The position numbers and the translations under genes were made by a program. Below, piece after piece: positions 22,155-33,045 of a stretch of 64,000 nucleotides of DNA. This stretch comes from Escherichia coli (GTDB taxonomy: Bacteria; Pseudomonadota; Gammaproteobacteria; Enterobacterales; Enterobacteriaceae). The notes below the pieces were generated by a model. It was given only the letters and a program-made list of their open reading frames with translations. It searched no databases and was not told where the DNA came from. The DNA is taken from the NCBI RefSeq assembly GCF_024502345.1, contig NZ_JALDNN010000001.1. One strand, given 5' to 3'. The first letter of the stretch is position 1. Each line of letters opens with the position of its first letter.

Positions 22155-23405
22155 TTAACTGTCAGACGCTGTCACCTGCGGCGGCGTCTGGCGAAAACGT
22201 CGCAACTCCACCAGCACCAGCAATAACAACACGCCGATAATCAACAAACCAAAACCGCTCGCGCTTGCGGAAGCAACCGGTGTCATCATCGCGCCCAAAC
22301 CACCCAGCAGCGCCGCGCCTATGGCATCGCCCGTCACGTTCTGCGCCGTCCACAAACCGTTAATCCGCCCTAACATCGCTTCCGGGGTTTGCGTTTGCAG
22401 CATTGTATATTGCAGCAACGAACTAACCGCGCTCAGCCAGCCGAACAGCGCCAGACAAACCACGCCTAAAATCCACATCGGCATCAGGCCAAACAGACCA
22501 ATGGCGAGGAACGATCCCAGCGTGGAGAGCAGCATCAATAACCCTGGTCGCGCACTATGTGCCAGCTTCCCGCTGGTTAACGCACCAATAGCCGCGCCGA
22601 GCGGGATCGCCGCGTAGAGAAAACCAATCTGTGCCGCTGACATCTGCCAGTTGTCAGCCAGCGCCGGATACAGTACCCGCACCGCGCTCGCCATCGTCAA
22701 TAAACCACCCAGCAGCGCAATCCCGCCCACCAGCGGGCTGGCAAGCAGAAAACGAAATCCTGCCAGTAATGATTTCAACGGATGCTCACGCGGCTGCGGT
22801 GGCGGTGGCAACGCCGGAAGGCTTAACAACGGTAGCAAGGTAATAAACGTGCCCGCCGCCGCCAGCCCGTAGTTCCAGGCTACGCCACCGGTCGCCAGCA
22901 ATAAACCGCCAATCATGGGCGAAATCACCGACCCCAGACGCACGGTCAACATGGTGATCGCCCCGGCCTGCATTAAGTTTTCACGCCCTACCAGTGCTGG
23001 TGTCGCCGCCAATAGCGCCGTAACGCCAAGCGATGCGAAAAAACCATCCCATAAACCAAGTAAATAGATTGCCAGCAATGACGGCTCCGGCAGCAGTGCA
23101 TTAAGGCACAGTCCAATGAAGCCAATGCCACAGGTGCCGCGCGCCAGCAAAATCACTTTTTTGCGCTCATAGCGATCCGCCAGCACACCGCCAACCATCA
23201 GGCCAACAAACATCGCGCCGCCGGTCAGCGTCACCGAAAGCCCCACCTGCCAGGTAGAATGCGTCATCATCTGGATCTGCACCGGCACCGCGACGCCGAG
23301 CAAACCCAGAGACACAATTGAGATAAAACGAGCGAGGAATACTGCGCGAAACGCCGGGTGCGTTTTCAACAGGCTGAGGTTAAGCAGCCAGGATTGTTTA
23401 TTCAT
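22155..23405 (-). CDS. entS: Enterobactin exporter EntS (MFS transporter), 416 aa
   Basis: ORF 22155..23405; 12-TM major facilitator family protein; [48 protein letters not shown]... Confidence 0.93.
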
Positions 23406-23469
23406 TACAATGCCTTGCCATCAAATATTTTAAATACCTATTCTTAGGCTGCACATGCTAACATATCCA

Positions 23470-23503
23470 AATAATATCGATAACGATAATTAATTTTATT
23501 ATC
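23470..23503. promoter_or_regulatory. Fur box in the entS / fepD divergent promoter region (gataacgataattaattttattatc)
   Basis: Match to the Fur consensus between two divergent iron-regulated genes. Confidence 0.7.
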
Positions 23504-23515
23504 ATGGAAGTTCGT

Positions 23516-24520
23516 ATGTCTGGTTCTGTTGCCGTGACACGCGCCATTGCCGTGCCCGGATTGCTGTTATTACTGATTATCGCGACGGCATTAAGCCTGC
23601 TCATTGGGGCAAAATCACTCCCCGCTTCCGTAGTGCTGGAGGCCCTCTCCGGCACCTGCCAGAGCGCCGACTGCACCATCGTGCTCGACGCGCGACTGCC
23701 GCGCACCCTTGCCGGTTTACTTGCAGGCGGCGCGCTTGGCCTTGCCGGGGCGTTGATGCAAACCCTCACCCGAAATCCACTTGCCGACCCCGGCTTGCTT
23801 GGCGTGAATGCCGGAGCCAGCTTTGCCATTGTGCTGGGTGCGGCGCTGTTTGGTTACTCATCCGCGCAGGAACAACTGGCGATGGCCTTCGCCGGGGCGC
23901 TGGTGGCCTCATTGATTGTTGCCTTTACCGGCAGTCAGGGCGGCGGGCAGTTAAGTCCGGTGCGTTTAACCCTGGCGGGCGTGGCGCTGGCGGCGGTGCT
24001 GGAAGGACTGACCAGCGGCATCGCCCTGCTTAATCCTGACGTCTACGATCAACTGCGTTTCTGGCAAGCCGGTTCGCTGGATATTCGCAATCTACATACC
24101 TTAAAAGTGGTGCTGATCCCGGTGCTGATCGCCGGAGCAACCGCGCTATTACTGAGCCGCGCGCTGAACAGTTTGAGCCTCGGCAGTGACACCGCGACGG
24201 CGCTGGGCAGTCGCGTGGCGCGCACACAGTTGATTGGTCTGCTGGCGATTACCGTGCTTTGTGGTAGTGCGACGGCGGTAGTTGGCCCGATTGCCTTTAT
24301 TGGCCTGATGATGCCGCATATGGCGCGTTGGCTGGTGGGTGCCGATCATCGCTGGTCGCTGCCCGTCACGCTACTTGCTACCCCTGCCCTGCTGCTGTTT
24401 GCCGATATCATCGGGCGGGTGATTGTGCCCGGTGAACTGCGCGTTTCTGTGGTCAGTGCGTTTATTGGTGCACCGGTGCTGATCTTCCTCGTGCGACGTA
24501 AAACGCGAGGTGGTGCATGA
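23516..24520 (+). CDS. fepD: Ferric enterobactin ABC transporter permease FepD, 334 aa
   Basis: ORF 23504..24520 trimmed to MSGSVAVTRAIAVPGLLLLLIIATALSLLIGAKSLPASV... Confidence 0.92.
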   Translation: MSGSVAVTRAIAVPGLLLLLIIATALSLLIGAKSLPASVVLEALSGTCQSADCTIVLDARLPRTLAGLLAGGALGLAGALMQTLTRNPLADPGLLGVNAGASFAIVLGAALFGYSSAQEQLAMAFAGALVASLIVAFTGSQGGGQLSPVRLTLAGVALAAVLEGLTSGIALLNPDVYDQLRFWQAGSLDIRNLHTLKVVLIPVLIAGATALLLSRALNSLSLGSDTATALGSRVARTQLIGLLAITVLCGSATAVVGPIAFIGLMMPHMARWLVGADHRWSLPVTLLATPALLLFADIIGRVIVPGELRVSVVSAFIGAPVLIFLVRRKTRGGA

Positions 24521-25509
24521 TTTACGTCTCTCGCCGATTACTAATCACCTGTTTGCTGCTGATTTCCGCCTGTGTGGTTGCAGGTATCTGGGGATTACGC
24601 AGCGGTGCCGTCACGCTGGAAACCTCGCAGGTATTCGCCGCGCTGATGGGCGATGCGCCGCGCAGTATGACGATGGTGGTCACCGAATGGCGTTTACCAC
24701 GCGTGCTGATGGCGCTGTTGATTGGCGCAGCACTGGGCGTCAGTGGCGCGATTTTTCAGTCGCTGATGCGTAACCCGCTCGGCAGCCCTGACGTAATGGG
24801 TTTTAACACCGGGGCGTGGAGCGGCGTGCTGGTGGCGATGGTGCTGTTTGGTCAGGACCTGACGGCTATCGCGCTGGCAGCAATGGTGGGCGGCATTATC
24901 ACTTCGCTGTTGGTCTGGCTGCTCGCCTGGCGTAACGGTATCGACACCTTTCGGTTGATTATTATCGGTATCGGCGTTCGCGCCATGCTGGTGGCCTTTA
25001 ATACCTGGCTGTTGCTGAAAGCGTCTTTAGAAACGGCGCTAACAGCAGGTTTGTGGAATGCCGGATCGCTCAACGGCCTGACGTGGGCAAAAACCTCGCC
25101 TTCCGCACCCATCATTATATTGATGCTAATTGCCGCCGCCTTACTGGTACGCCGGATGCGCTTGCTGGAAATGGGCGATGATACCGCGTGTGCGCTGGGC
25201 GTCAGCGTCGAACGTTCGCGTCTGTTAATGATGCTGGTTGCAGTGGTGCTTACCGCTGCGGCAACAGCGCTTGCCGGGCCGATTTCCTTTATTGCTTTAG
25301 TCGCGCCGCACATTGCCCGACGCATTAGCGGCACCGCTCGCTGGGGGCTAACCCAGGCGGCGCTATGCGGGGCGCTGTTACTGCTGGCGGCCGATCTCTG
25401 CGCCCAACAACTGTTTATGCCGTATCAACTTCCGGTTGGCGTCGTTACCGTCAGCCTCGGCGGTATTTACCTTATCGTCTTGTTAATTCAGGAGTCTCGC
25501 AAAAAATGA
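24517..25509 (+). CDS. fepG: Ferric enterobactin ABC transporter permease FepG, 330 aa
   Basis: ORF 24517..25509; ATGA overlap with the fepD stop. Confidence 0.93.
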   Translation: MIYVSRRLLITCLLLISACVVAGIWGLRSGAVTLETSQVFAALMGDAPRSMTMVVTEWRLPRVLMALLIGAALGVSGAIFQSLMRNPLGSPDVMGFNTGAWSGVLVAMVLFGQDLTAIALAAMVGGIITSLLVWLLAWRNGIDTFRLIIIGIGVRAMLVAFNTWLLLKASLETALTAGLWNAGSLNGLTWAKTSPSAPIIILMLIAAALLVRRMRLLEMGDDTACALGVSVERSRLLMMLVAVVLTAAATALAGPISFIALVAPHIARRISGTARWGLTQAALCGALLLLAADLCAQQLFMPYQLPVGVVTVSLGGIYLIVLLIQESRKK

Positions 25510-26321
25510 CCGAATCAGTAGCCCGTTTGCGCGGCGAACAGTTAACCCTGGGATATGGCAAATATACCGTTGCGGAGAATCTGACAGTAGAAATACCTGA
25601 TGGTCACTTCACGGCAATTATCGGGCCAAATGGCTGCGGTAAATCCACTTTACTGCGTACCTTAAGCCGCCTGATGACGCCTGCTCACGGGCATGTCTGG
25701 CTGGATGGCGAGCACATCCAACATTACGCCAGTAAAGAGGTTGCACGCCGGATTGGTCTGTTGGCGCAAAATGCTACCACGCCGGGCGATATCACCGTGC
25801 AGGAGCTGGTGGCGCGTGGGCGTTACCCGCATCAACCGCTGTTTACCCGCTGGCGCAAAGAAGATGAAGAAGCGGTAACGAAAGCGATGCAGGCCACGGG
25901 AATAACTCATCTGGCGGATCAAAGCGTGGATACCCTTTCTGGCGGACAACGCCAGCGCGCGTGGATCGCGATGGTGCTGGCCCAGGAAACGGCAATTATG
26001 CTGCTCGACGAACCCACGACCTGGCTGGATATCAGTCATCAGATTGATCTACTGGAACTGTTAAGCGAACTGAACCGCGAGAAAGGCTATACCCTGGCGG
26101 CGGTGCTGCACGATCTTAATCAGGCCTGTCGTTACGCCAGCCATTTGATTGCATTGCGGGAAGGGAAAATTGTTGCTCAGGGAGCGCCGAAGGAGATTGT
26201 CACTGCTGAACTGATTGAGCGCATTTATGGTCTGCGATGCATGATCATTGACGATCCGGTAGCCGGAACGCCGCTTGTGGTGCCGCTCGGACGAACGGCA
26301 CCTTCAACCGCAAATAGTTAA
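25506..26321 (+). CDS. fepC: Ferric enterobactin ABC transporter ATP-binding protein FepC, 271 aa
   Basis: ORF 25365..26321 trimmed to MTESVARLRGEQLTLGYGK...; Walker A (GPNGCGKST) and ABC signature (LSGGQRQR); start overlaps the fepG stop. Confidence 0.93.
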   Translation: MTESVARLRGEQLTLGYGKYTVAENLTVEIPDGHFTAIIGPNGCGKSTLLRTLSRLMTPAHGHVWLDGEHIQHYASKEVARRIGLLAQNATTPGDITVQELVARGRYPHQPLFTRWRKEDEEAVTKAMQATGITHLADQSVDTLSGGQRQRAWIAMVLAQETAIMLLDEPTTWLDISHQIDLLELLSELNREKGYTLAAVLHDLNQACRYASHLIALREGKIVAQGAPKEIVTAELIERIYGLRCMIIDDPVAGTPLVVPLGRTAPSTANS

Positions 26322-27451
26322 ACTAAGTGGTCTGCCATCATGGCATCCTGTTTTCTGGATGCCATCGCATAGCGCAATAACACGCTACCACAAGCCACCA
26401 TCCCGCCGATCAGCGCGGAAAGGATCACAATAATCGCCTTACCCGGACCGTCTTTTTTCACTGGCAATGACGGGCTTAACTGATATTTAAACGGCGTAAA
26501 ATTCACATCGTTGATATTTGCTTTTGTTAACTGCTCAACAAGATACTGACGATTACGTAATTCACCGTTCAGTTCCGCAACGTCAGTGACCGCTTTTTCA
26601 ATTTCCAGTTTGCGTTCAATACCGTCTGCGCCGAGAGAAATAGAGAAATCGGGGTCATCTTTAACGGCCTGACCATTACTGTAAACGGGCTTTTTAATTC
26701 CTGCCGCGTTGGCAATGTCGAGTGAATAATTGAGGCGCTGAATGTTTGCATCAAGTTGATTTTTCATTTTAATGCGGTCCTGAGCCAGTTTTTCTTTTTC
26801 AAACTGGGTTTTGATCTCCAGTTTATAACGGACGTTTTCTATCGACTCTTTCACCACCAACGCAGAGATATAATCGATATACCCGCTCAAAACGGTCTGC
26901 GCCTCTTCACTGGTTGGCGCGGTAAAACTTAGCGTCCAGGAAGTATACAGTGACGGTTCATCTTTTTTCTTACTGGCATTGTCATCAACCGCTTTCATTT
27001 TTTCGCTCAATGCGACAATTGCGCGATGCAAATCCAGTTCGTCGATTTTCGCCTCTTTTAATTGGTCCATCACATAAGGTGATGAACGCAGGTACTCTTC
27101 CAGCAAGCTAACCGACTGAAACTTCTTGATAAACAGATTAAATACACCGCCACGGTCGATATTAACATCGAGATCAAGAACGCGGAGTTTGGTAAAGGTT
27201 TTCTCCAGGTCCTGCCACTGAATGGCTTCAGCGGGAGTAATGACGGCTGAGCTGGTCCATTTTTGCGGCAGGATGAAAGAGATCAGCAAGCCTGCGCAGG
27301 CAAACGCAAAAACGACCGCCATGACCGTTTTTTTGGCCCGCCATAAAACTGAGATTAGATTAAGTAAATCAATTTCATTATTACTGGGCGACGCCAGAGG
27401 ATAATCGGGAAAATGAGCGTCACTTCCCTGTTTAATATTCAGTGATGACAT
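26318..27451 (-). CDS. fepE: FepE, polysaccharide co-polymerase (Wzz-like, O-antigen chain length) protein, 377 aa
   Basis: ORF 26318..27451; MSSLNIKQGSDAHFPDYPLASPSNNEIDLLNLISVLWRAKKTVMAVVFAFACAGLLISFIL... Confidence 0.92.
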   Translation of the reverse strand: MSSLNIKQGSDAHFPDYPLASPSNNEIDLLNLISVLWRAKKTVMAVVFAFACAGLLISFILPQKWTSSAVITPAEAIQWQDLEKTFTKLRVLDLDVNIDRGGVFNLFIKKFQSVSLLEEYLRSSPYVMDQLKEAKIDELDLHRAIVALSEKMKAVDDNASKKKDEPSLYTSWTLSFTAPTSEEAQTVLSGYIDYISALVVKESIENVRYKLEIKTQFEKEKLAQDRIKMKNQLDANIQRLNYSLDIANAAGIKKPVYSNGQAVKDDPDFSISLGADGIERKLEIEKAVTDVAELNGELRNRQYLVEQLTKANINDVNFTPFKYQLSPSLPVKKDGPGKAIIVILSALIGGMVACGSVLLRYAMASRKQDAMMADHLV

Positions 27452-27620
27452 GGGGTATAACCTGAAAATGAGTCCAATAGGGGGAAATCTCCACGGCGCT
27501 CACTTTACCAGTTGGTGAGAATTATCCGAAGCTGAAGTTTGTAAATTCATTCCACTGAATGCAACATTCACTCTATTTAAGAAAAATAACCAGCAAACTT
27601 ATAAATTAAATAAATGATAA

Positions 27621-27660
27621 ACCCATAATTATTTCCTGCAATTATGGGTTTATAGATAAT
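27621..27660 (-). terminator. Rho-independent terminator downstream of entF (minus-strand hairpin aaacccataatt...aattatgggttt followed by a T-rich tract)
   Basis: Perfect 12-bp stem with a U-rich tail on the minus strand, directly after the entF stop. Confidence 0.6.
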
Positions 27661-27666
27661 GTTAAT

Positions 27667-30600
27667 TTATCTGTTTAGCGTTGCGCGAATAATCGGCCCA
27701 ATTTTTTCAAATGCCCCTGGAGAGATAATATCCACATGCGCACAATCCTGACGATAGATATCCAGCTCCGCAATCCACGGCGACCAGGCGCGTTCAGGAC
27801 TCATACCTTCCTGAAGCGTGCGTTCAGCAACAAACAACGTCGCTTTACCGTCAAACGGTACGCTATGAGCAGTCGTCAGCAGGCGCACAGCATCAGCGTA
27901 GTTGCCTTCAATGGTGGTAAACAACTCCGTTGAAGTACTTCCCTGCTGTGCCGCCAGGAAGGCCTCGCGCTCGCGGTTAATCTCCGCCAGCACTTCCGGG
28001 TCCAGACCATTAGCTTCTTTTTCCTGCCAGTTTTGCGTTTCTGGCGGCCAGGTATCCAGCAAGCCAAGAAATGCCACCTGTTCGCCACGGGCACGCAGCC
28101 GCGCCGCAATACCCTGCGCCAGCGTACCGCCAAGGGAATACCCCAGCAGGTAATAAGGGCCGTGCGGTTGTTGTTCAAGTAACGTTGCCAGATGCGCTTC
28201 ACAGACTTCATCCAGATTTGCCGCGGTATGCATGGGGCCATTGGGGCGCGGCGACTGAATGCCGATAATCGACCATTGTGGATCGATATAACGCGAGAGC
28301 ACGCTAAACTGCCAGGCAAAACCGGATGCCGGATGGAAACAATACAGCGTCGGGCCATTACCTTCACGCAACGGCAGAATGGTTTCGAATCCCATGCGCC
28401 GGGAGCTGTCCTCTTCACCATCAATAATCGTTGCCAGTTTGGCGACGGTTGACGCAACCATCACCTGCCCCGGCGTCACCTGACGGGCAAACTGCCGACT
28501 TAACTGCGCTGCCAGTTTCATTGCCAGTAGCGAATGACCGCCAAGCGCGAAGAAATCAGCATCGGCATCCTGCACGTCACAACCCAGTAACGACGAGAAT
28601 GCCGCGGCGATAATCGTTTCACTGCCCGCTTTCGGCGCACGCCCTGGCGCTTGTGCCTTTAGTTCAGGCAACGGTAAGGCTTTGCGATCCAGCTTGCCGT
28701 TGGCGCTAAGTGGTAACTGTGGAAGTTGCAGCAGAACCACCGGTACCATATGTGGTGGCAATGTTTCACGAAGCTGCGCCTGCAATGCGCTGGTATCCAA
28801 CGGCAGGCCCGATTGCGACACCAGATAGCCCACCAACTGACGCGCATCACCACCGGTGGCTGCCGCCTGGTTAATCACACAGGCGTGGGTAACGGCCTGT
28901 TCGACATCCGGCAGCGCCTGCATCACGCGATCGATTTCGCCCAGTTCGATACGCTGCCCGCGAATTTTTAGCTGATCGTCACTGCGCCCGAGGTACTCCA
29001 CCGCGCCGTTATCCAGCCAGCGGGCAACGTCTCCGGTACGGTACATCCGTTCGCCAGGAGCAAAAGGATCGGCAATAAAGCGGCTGGCGGTCAGATCGGG
29101 TCGTCCAAGATACCCCTGCGCCAGTTGAATACCGGTGAGATAGAGATCACCCGCCACACCCGGCGGCACCGGATGCATCATCGCATCAAGAATACGCAGA
29201 CCCGTATTCCATACCGGATACCCAATAGGCACACTGCTGCCGCGCACCTGTGCCAGTTCCTCGCCAAAAGCCGGATACCAGCTCACATCTACCGCCGCTT
29301 CCGTCGGGCCATATAGATTATGCAACGGCGCGCCCGTTAACTGTTGCCATTCGCGGCATAAATCAGCCGGTAAGGCCTCACCACTACAGAAAACCTGTTT
29401 CAACGTCGCGCAATTCTGGCGAGCGGTTTCGGGCGTCAGCGATGCAACAAATGCCGCCAGCATCGACGGCACAAAGTGCGTGGTCGTTACGCCATATTCG
29501 GCAAAGAATTGCTGCATAGCGAGCGGGTCGCGGTGCGCTTCCGGTTCAGCCATCACCAGTTTAGCCCCGGCAATAAACGGCCAGAAAAACTCCCACACCG
29601 AGACATCAAAACTGCACGGCGTTTTTTGGGCAACGACATCTTCGCCTGTAAGCGGGTAGTGGTTTTGCATCCACAGCAGGCGGTTGACGATAGCCGTCTG
29701 CCCGACCATTACCCCTTTCGGCCTGCCGGTGGAGCCAGAGGTAAAGATGATATAAGCCGTGTGATGCGGTTGTGAAAATTGCAGCGGCGCACTGCCCTGC
29801 GGTGTAAGCGGGGCGTTATAGCAAAGGTTGGTTAAATCTGGAACATCGGCAAAGCGCGGCAGTTGATCGTCGGTGGTGATTAACAGCGACGGACGCGCAT
29901 CTTCCAGCATCATTTTCAGGCGATCGTCCGGATAGCCGGTATCCAGCGGTAACCAGGCCGCACCAGCTTCAACTATCGCATGTAGCGCCAGAGTCAAAAA
30001 GACCGAGCGCGGTAGCGCCACCGCTACGCTGTCCCCTGGTTTAACGCCGCGCTCACGCAGCAGATTCGCCAGCGCCACCACCTGCTCGCGCATTTCCCGA
30101 TAGCTGAACTGGTAACGCGCATCTGCCAGCGCCGGAGCATCCGGTGTTTTTGCCGCTTGTTCTGCCACCAGCGCGCTAAGCGTGGTTTCTGGAATCTCAA
30201 CCTGAGTGGCGTTGATCTGCGCCAGCTGCGCATACTCACCTGGCAGCATAATATCGACATCGCCGCACAACAGCGCCGGATCCGCAGCGAACTGGGCAAT
30301 CAGCATTTTCAGGCGTTCAGCATGCTGGATTAACGTTGGCTCATCGTAACGCTGTTTATTGGCGAGGATCTCAATACTCAAATCACCGTGTTCATCCGGG
30401 AACAGGGCCAGTTCAAGGTCATTAACCGGACCGGTTGCCAGGGTATGGGTTTGCGCCTGAACATCAGGAATGTCCAGTTGGTAATCAAATACCTTGATAT
30501 TGAGTACCGGACCAAACAGCGGTTCATCACCTGCCGCTCGCCCACTGTCACGGACAATTTGTTCGGCATCGTAACGTTGATGGCGACGCATTTTTTTCAG

Positions 30601-31548
30601 TTGTGCTGCCAGTCGGGTTGCCAGTTCCGGCAGCGTTTCTTGCGCCGCAATGTGAATACCCAACGGTAAAACGTTGAGCACGGGTCCGGTAGCCGTCAGC
30701 GCCGCCGAGCCCAGTCGACGCATAAAGATAAATCCGGCGGCGTAGTCCATGCGATTGCACAATCGCCCCAGCCACAAGGCTGCCAGCGCAAGGGCTAAAT
30801 CGGTACGCTGCACACCTGAAAGTTGCGTAGCCAGCTGGCGGAATTCCCCGTCGGTAAATTCCAGTTTCAGGCGCAGAATATCTGCCGAGGCGCTGCGCCC
30901 CGCTAAAGGTGCCGGAGAAAGTGACGCGGGCGGCGGCAGTTGACGACGCTGTTCTACCCAGAATGCCGCATCACGCTGCCAGGCTTCGCTTTCGCGGTAT
31001 TGCTGGTACTCTTCCACTACATCAGCGAAAGGCGTAAACGGCGAAGCAGGCGTTGGTTCGCCACGCAGCAATGCGCAGTAAATGTTGGCGATCTGGCGGG
31101 TAATGACCGGGAAACTGAAGCCATCGACCAGCAAATGGTGATAACGCTGATACCAGTACCAGCGGTTATCCGCAACATGTATCAGCTGATGAAAGACCAG
31201 TGGTTTACCGCTATCGACGCGCAAATCTTGTTGCAAATCCGCCTGCATTAATGCCTGCGCAGTACCGTGCGGATCAATATTGGTTCGCAGGTCGATAATT
31301 TCTGGCAGTTCGAATATCAGCGCATCATCGACCCATTGCCAGACTTCGCCGTTATCTTCCGTAAAACGCATCCGCAACGTATCTGCTTGCGCTAATCCGA
31401 CAACCACCGCGCGGGCCAGTAATGGCGCATCAACCTCTCCGGTTAACTCAACGTAATGCGCCACGCTCCAGGCGGAGGGTAAATCCGACAGTTTTTCTGC
31501 CATCCAGATGCCGGGCTGTGCGGCGACCAAAGGTAAATGCTGGCTCAT
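27667..31548 (-). CDS. entF: Enterobactin synthase component F (NRPS: condensation-adenylation(Ser)-PCP-thioesterase), 1293 aa
   Basis: ORF 27667..31548; adenylation core motifs (FTSGSTGRPKG), PCP serine motif (GGHSL), C-terminal thioesterase GYSLGG. Confidence 0.96.
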   Translation of the reverse strand: MSQHLPLVAAQPGIWMAEKLSDLPSAWSVAHYVELTGEVDAPLLARAVVVGLAQADTLRMRFTEDNGEVWQWVDDALIFELPEIIDLRTNIDPHGTAQALMQADLQQDLRVDSGKPLVFHQLIHVADNRWYWYQRYHHLLVDGFSFPVITRQIANIYCALLRGEPTPASPFTPFADVVEEYQQYRESEAWQRDAAFWVEQRRQLPPPASLSPAPLAGRSASADILRLKLEFTDGEFRQLATQLSGVQRTDLALALAALWLGRLCNRMDYAAGFIFMRRLGSAALTATGPVLNVLPLGIHIAAQETLPELATRLAAQLKKMRRHQRYDAEQIVRDSGRAAGDEPLFGPVLNIKVFDYQLDIPDVQAQTHTLATGPVNDLELALFPDEHGDLSIEILANKQRYDEPTLIQHAERLKMLIAQFAADPALLCGDVDIMLPGEYAQLAQINATQVEIPETTLSALVAEQAAKTPDAPALADARYQFSYREMREQVVALANLLRERGVKPGDSVAVALPRSVFLTLALHAIVEAGAAWLPLDTGYPDDRLKMMLEDARPSLLITTDDQLPRFADVPDLTNLCYNAPLTPQGSAPLQFSQPHHTAYIIFTSGSTGRPKGVMVGQTAIVNRLLWMQNHYPLTGEDVVAQKTPCSFDVSVWEFFWPFIAGAKLVMAEPEAHRDPLAMQQFFAEYGVTTTHFVPSMLAAFVASLTPETARQNCATLKQVFCSGEALPADLCREWQQLTGAPLHNLYGPTEAAVDVSWYPAFGEELAQVRGSSVPIGYPVWNTGLRILDAMMHPVPPGVAGDLYLTGIQLAQGYLGRPDLTASRFIADPFAPGERMYRTGDVARWLDNGAVEYLGRSDDQLKIRGQRIELGEIDRVMQALPDVEQAVTHACVINQAAATGGDARQLVGYLVSQSGLPLDTSALQAQLRETLPPHMVPVVLLQLPQLPLSANGKLDRKALPLPELKAQAPGRAPKAGSETIIAAAFSSLLGCDVQDADADFFALGGHSLLAMKLAAQLSRQFARQVTPGQVMVASTVAKLATIIDGEEDSSRRMGFETILPLREGNGPTLYCFHPASGFAWQFSVLSRYIDPQWSIIGIQSPRPNGPMHTAANLDEVCEAHLATLLEQQPHGPYYLLGYSLGGTLAQGIAARLRARGEQVAFLGLLDTWPPETQNWQEKEANGLDPEVLAEINREREAFLAAQQGSTSTELFTTIEGNYADAVRLLTTAHSVPFDGKATLFVAERTLQEGMSPERAWSPWIAELDIYRQDCAHVDIISPGAFEKIGPIIRATLNR

Positions 31549-31763
31549 TGTGCCTCCTGCAACTGGGTGAAATTCGCCGGTGTCAGAGTACGCCAGTGGG
31601 CTTCAAGCCACTGCTGGCAGGACTCTTGTGACTGCGGCTGACACACAATGTCCCAGCCTGCCGGTAAGGCGCATTGTTGCGGCCACAGACTGAATTGCCC
31701 CTGCGCATTGCGCAAAATGTAAAACGCTCCCTGCGGATCATCGAAGGGATTACTGAATGCCAT
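31545..31763 (-). CDS. ybdZ: MbtH-like protein YbdZ, 72 aa
   Basis: ORF 31545..31769 trimmed to MAFSNPFDDPQGAFYILRNAQGQFSLWPQQCALPAGWDIV...; stop overlaps the entF start. Confidence 0.88.
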   Translation of the reverse strand: MAFSNPFDDPQGAFYILRNAQGQFSLWPQQCALPAGWDIVCQPQSQESCQQWLEAHWRTLTPANFTQLQEAQ

Positions 31764-31765
31764 AT

Positions 31766-32968
31766 TCAACTCCTGTCATGGAAAAGTGGTTGCCAGAGGT
31801 CGATTAGCCCCTCCATCAAGCCACCGCGCCAACAAAGCGCATCATGTCCGCCGTCAACCTGACGCCAGAAAATGGATTCTTTTATAGGGTGCAATTGCGC
31901 ATACAGCGCCTGATTGGCCCGCATGATCATCGGCTCGCGAATACCCGCTTCCAGCACAATGCGCAGACCTTCGGCGCTAACTTCACCAGCTTTTAGCTTT
32001 TCAAGTAACACGCCCTCTTGCTGCCCGCCCCGATGCGGCCACCAGTACGATCCTGACTGGCTTAATACACAGCCAAAGCGTTCAGGCCAGTGCAGTCCTG
32101 CATACAGCGCGGAAAGTCCACCAAAACTCTGCCCGGCGACCACGGTGCGATCGGCGCGATCGCTAAAAGGGGCAATAGCTTTCACCAGGGGTAATAACTC
32201 TTGCTGTACTGCGAGCCAGAAATCCGCATTACACGGCAGTTCGTGGGCGCGGTGCGTGGTGTCGATAGCGTCGATCAACACATATACGGCGGGAGGAAGT
32301 TGCTGACGATGGGTCAGCGAAGTCAGCACAGGCCAGACGGGCATACTTTGCGCCCAAAATTCGCCATCGAGCAAAACTGCCAGCGGGCGTTCTTCTGCTG
32401 TTACATCGCCGGTGGTAAAAATCCATACACGACGTGAATTTTTCAACCGTTCACTTTTCCAGATAATTTCTTTGGCTGGTATTTCTGGCGCTTGCGGACA
32501 ATCCCATCCCGGTTGCAGAGGCGCTTGCGGCATTTCGAGTGCAGAAACAGCGTGCCCTCGCCCGCCTTTCCAGCTTTGTGGATTCAGCGGATCGGCTATT
32601 GCCTGGGGTAATAGTTTTCGCCAGCCTTCACGTAATTCGAGGCGATCGGGGGATGGTGCAGAAAAAATGTCATCGCGTTCGGTGGGAATAAAGCAGTAGC
32701 TGCCGCGCCAGTTGGCATTGAGTTGTGTCGTCCACTGCCAGACATCAGTACCTGCAATTCGCTGCATCGACTGGGGCTGGCTGTTCTGATGATGATCGGT
32801 CACACCAGTGATGTAGACCCATACACGCTTTATCGTCGAGTATTCTTCAGAACCTTGGGGATCACGCCACCAGAAAGTGACCTCAAACATTTCGTCATTC
32901 AGACGCTGCCATTCCGGGCCATGTTTCGACTGCCACCAGCTCTCACTTCCTACTTTTAACGCCGTCAC
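31766..32968 (-). CDS. fes: Enterochelin (ferric enterobactin) esterase Fes, 400 aa as an ORF (a shorter annotated start is possible)
   Basis: ORF 31766..32968; esterase motif GQSFGG; MTALKVGSESWWQSKHGPEWQRLNDEMFEVTFWWRDPQG... Confidence 0.9.
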   Translation of the reverse strand: MTALKVGSESWWQSKHGPEWQRLNDEMFEVTFWWRDPQGSEEYSTIKRVWVYITGVTDHHQNSQPQSMQRIAGTDVWQWTTQLNANWRGSYCFIPTERDDIFSAPSPDRLELREGWRKLLPQAIADPLNPQSWKGGRGHAVSALEMPQAPLQPGWDCPQAPEIPAKEIIWKSERLKNSRRVWIFTTGDVTAEERPLAVLLDGEFWAQSMPVWPVLTSLTHRQQLPPAVYVLIDAIDTTHRAHELPCNADFWLAVQQELLPLVKAIAPFSDRADRTVVAGQSFGGLSALYAGLHWPERFGCVLSQSGSYWWPHRGGQQEGVLLEKLKAGEVSAEGLRIVLEAGIREPMIMRANQALYAQLHPIKESIFWRQVDGGHDALCWRGGLMEGLIDLWQPLFHDRS

Positions 32969-33010
32969 ACCATAACCCCATGTTTACTGTGCAATTTTTC
33001 ATTGATTGCA

Positions 33011-33045
33011 GAAATATATTGATAATATTATTGATAACTATTTAC
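33011..33045. promoter_or_regulatory. Fur box(es) in the fes / fepA bidirectional promoter (attgataatattattgataactattt)
   Basis: Tandem GATAAT / ATTATC hexamers matching the Fur consensus, between two divergent iron-regulated genes. Confidence 0.75.

Noticed and set aside
27667-31548. Novel non-ribosomal peptide synthetase cluster
   Set aside because: The NRPS is the canonical single-module EntF with MbtH-like YbdZ and the full ent/fep/fes gene set; nothing indicates an uncharacterised product.
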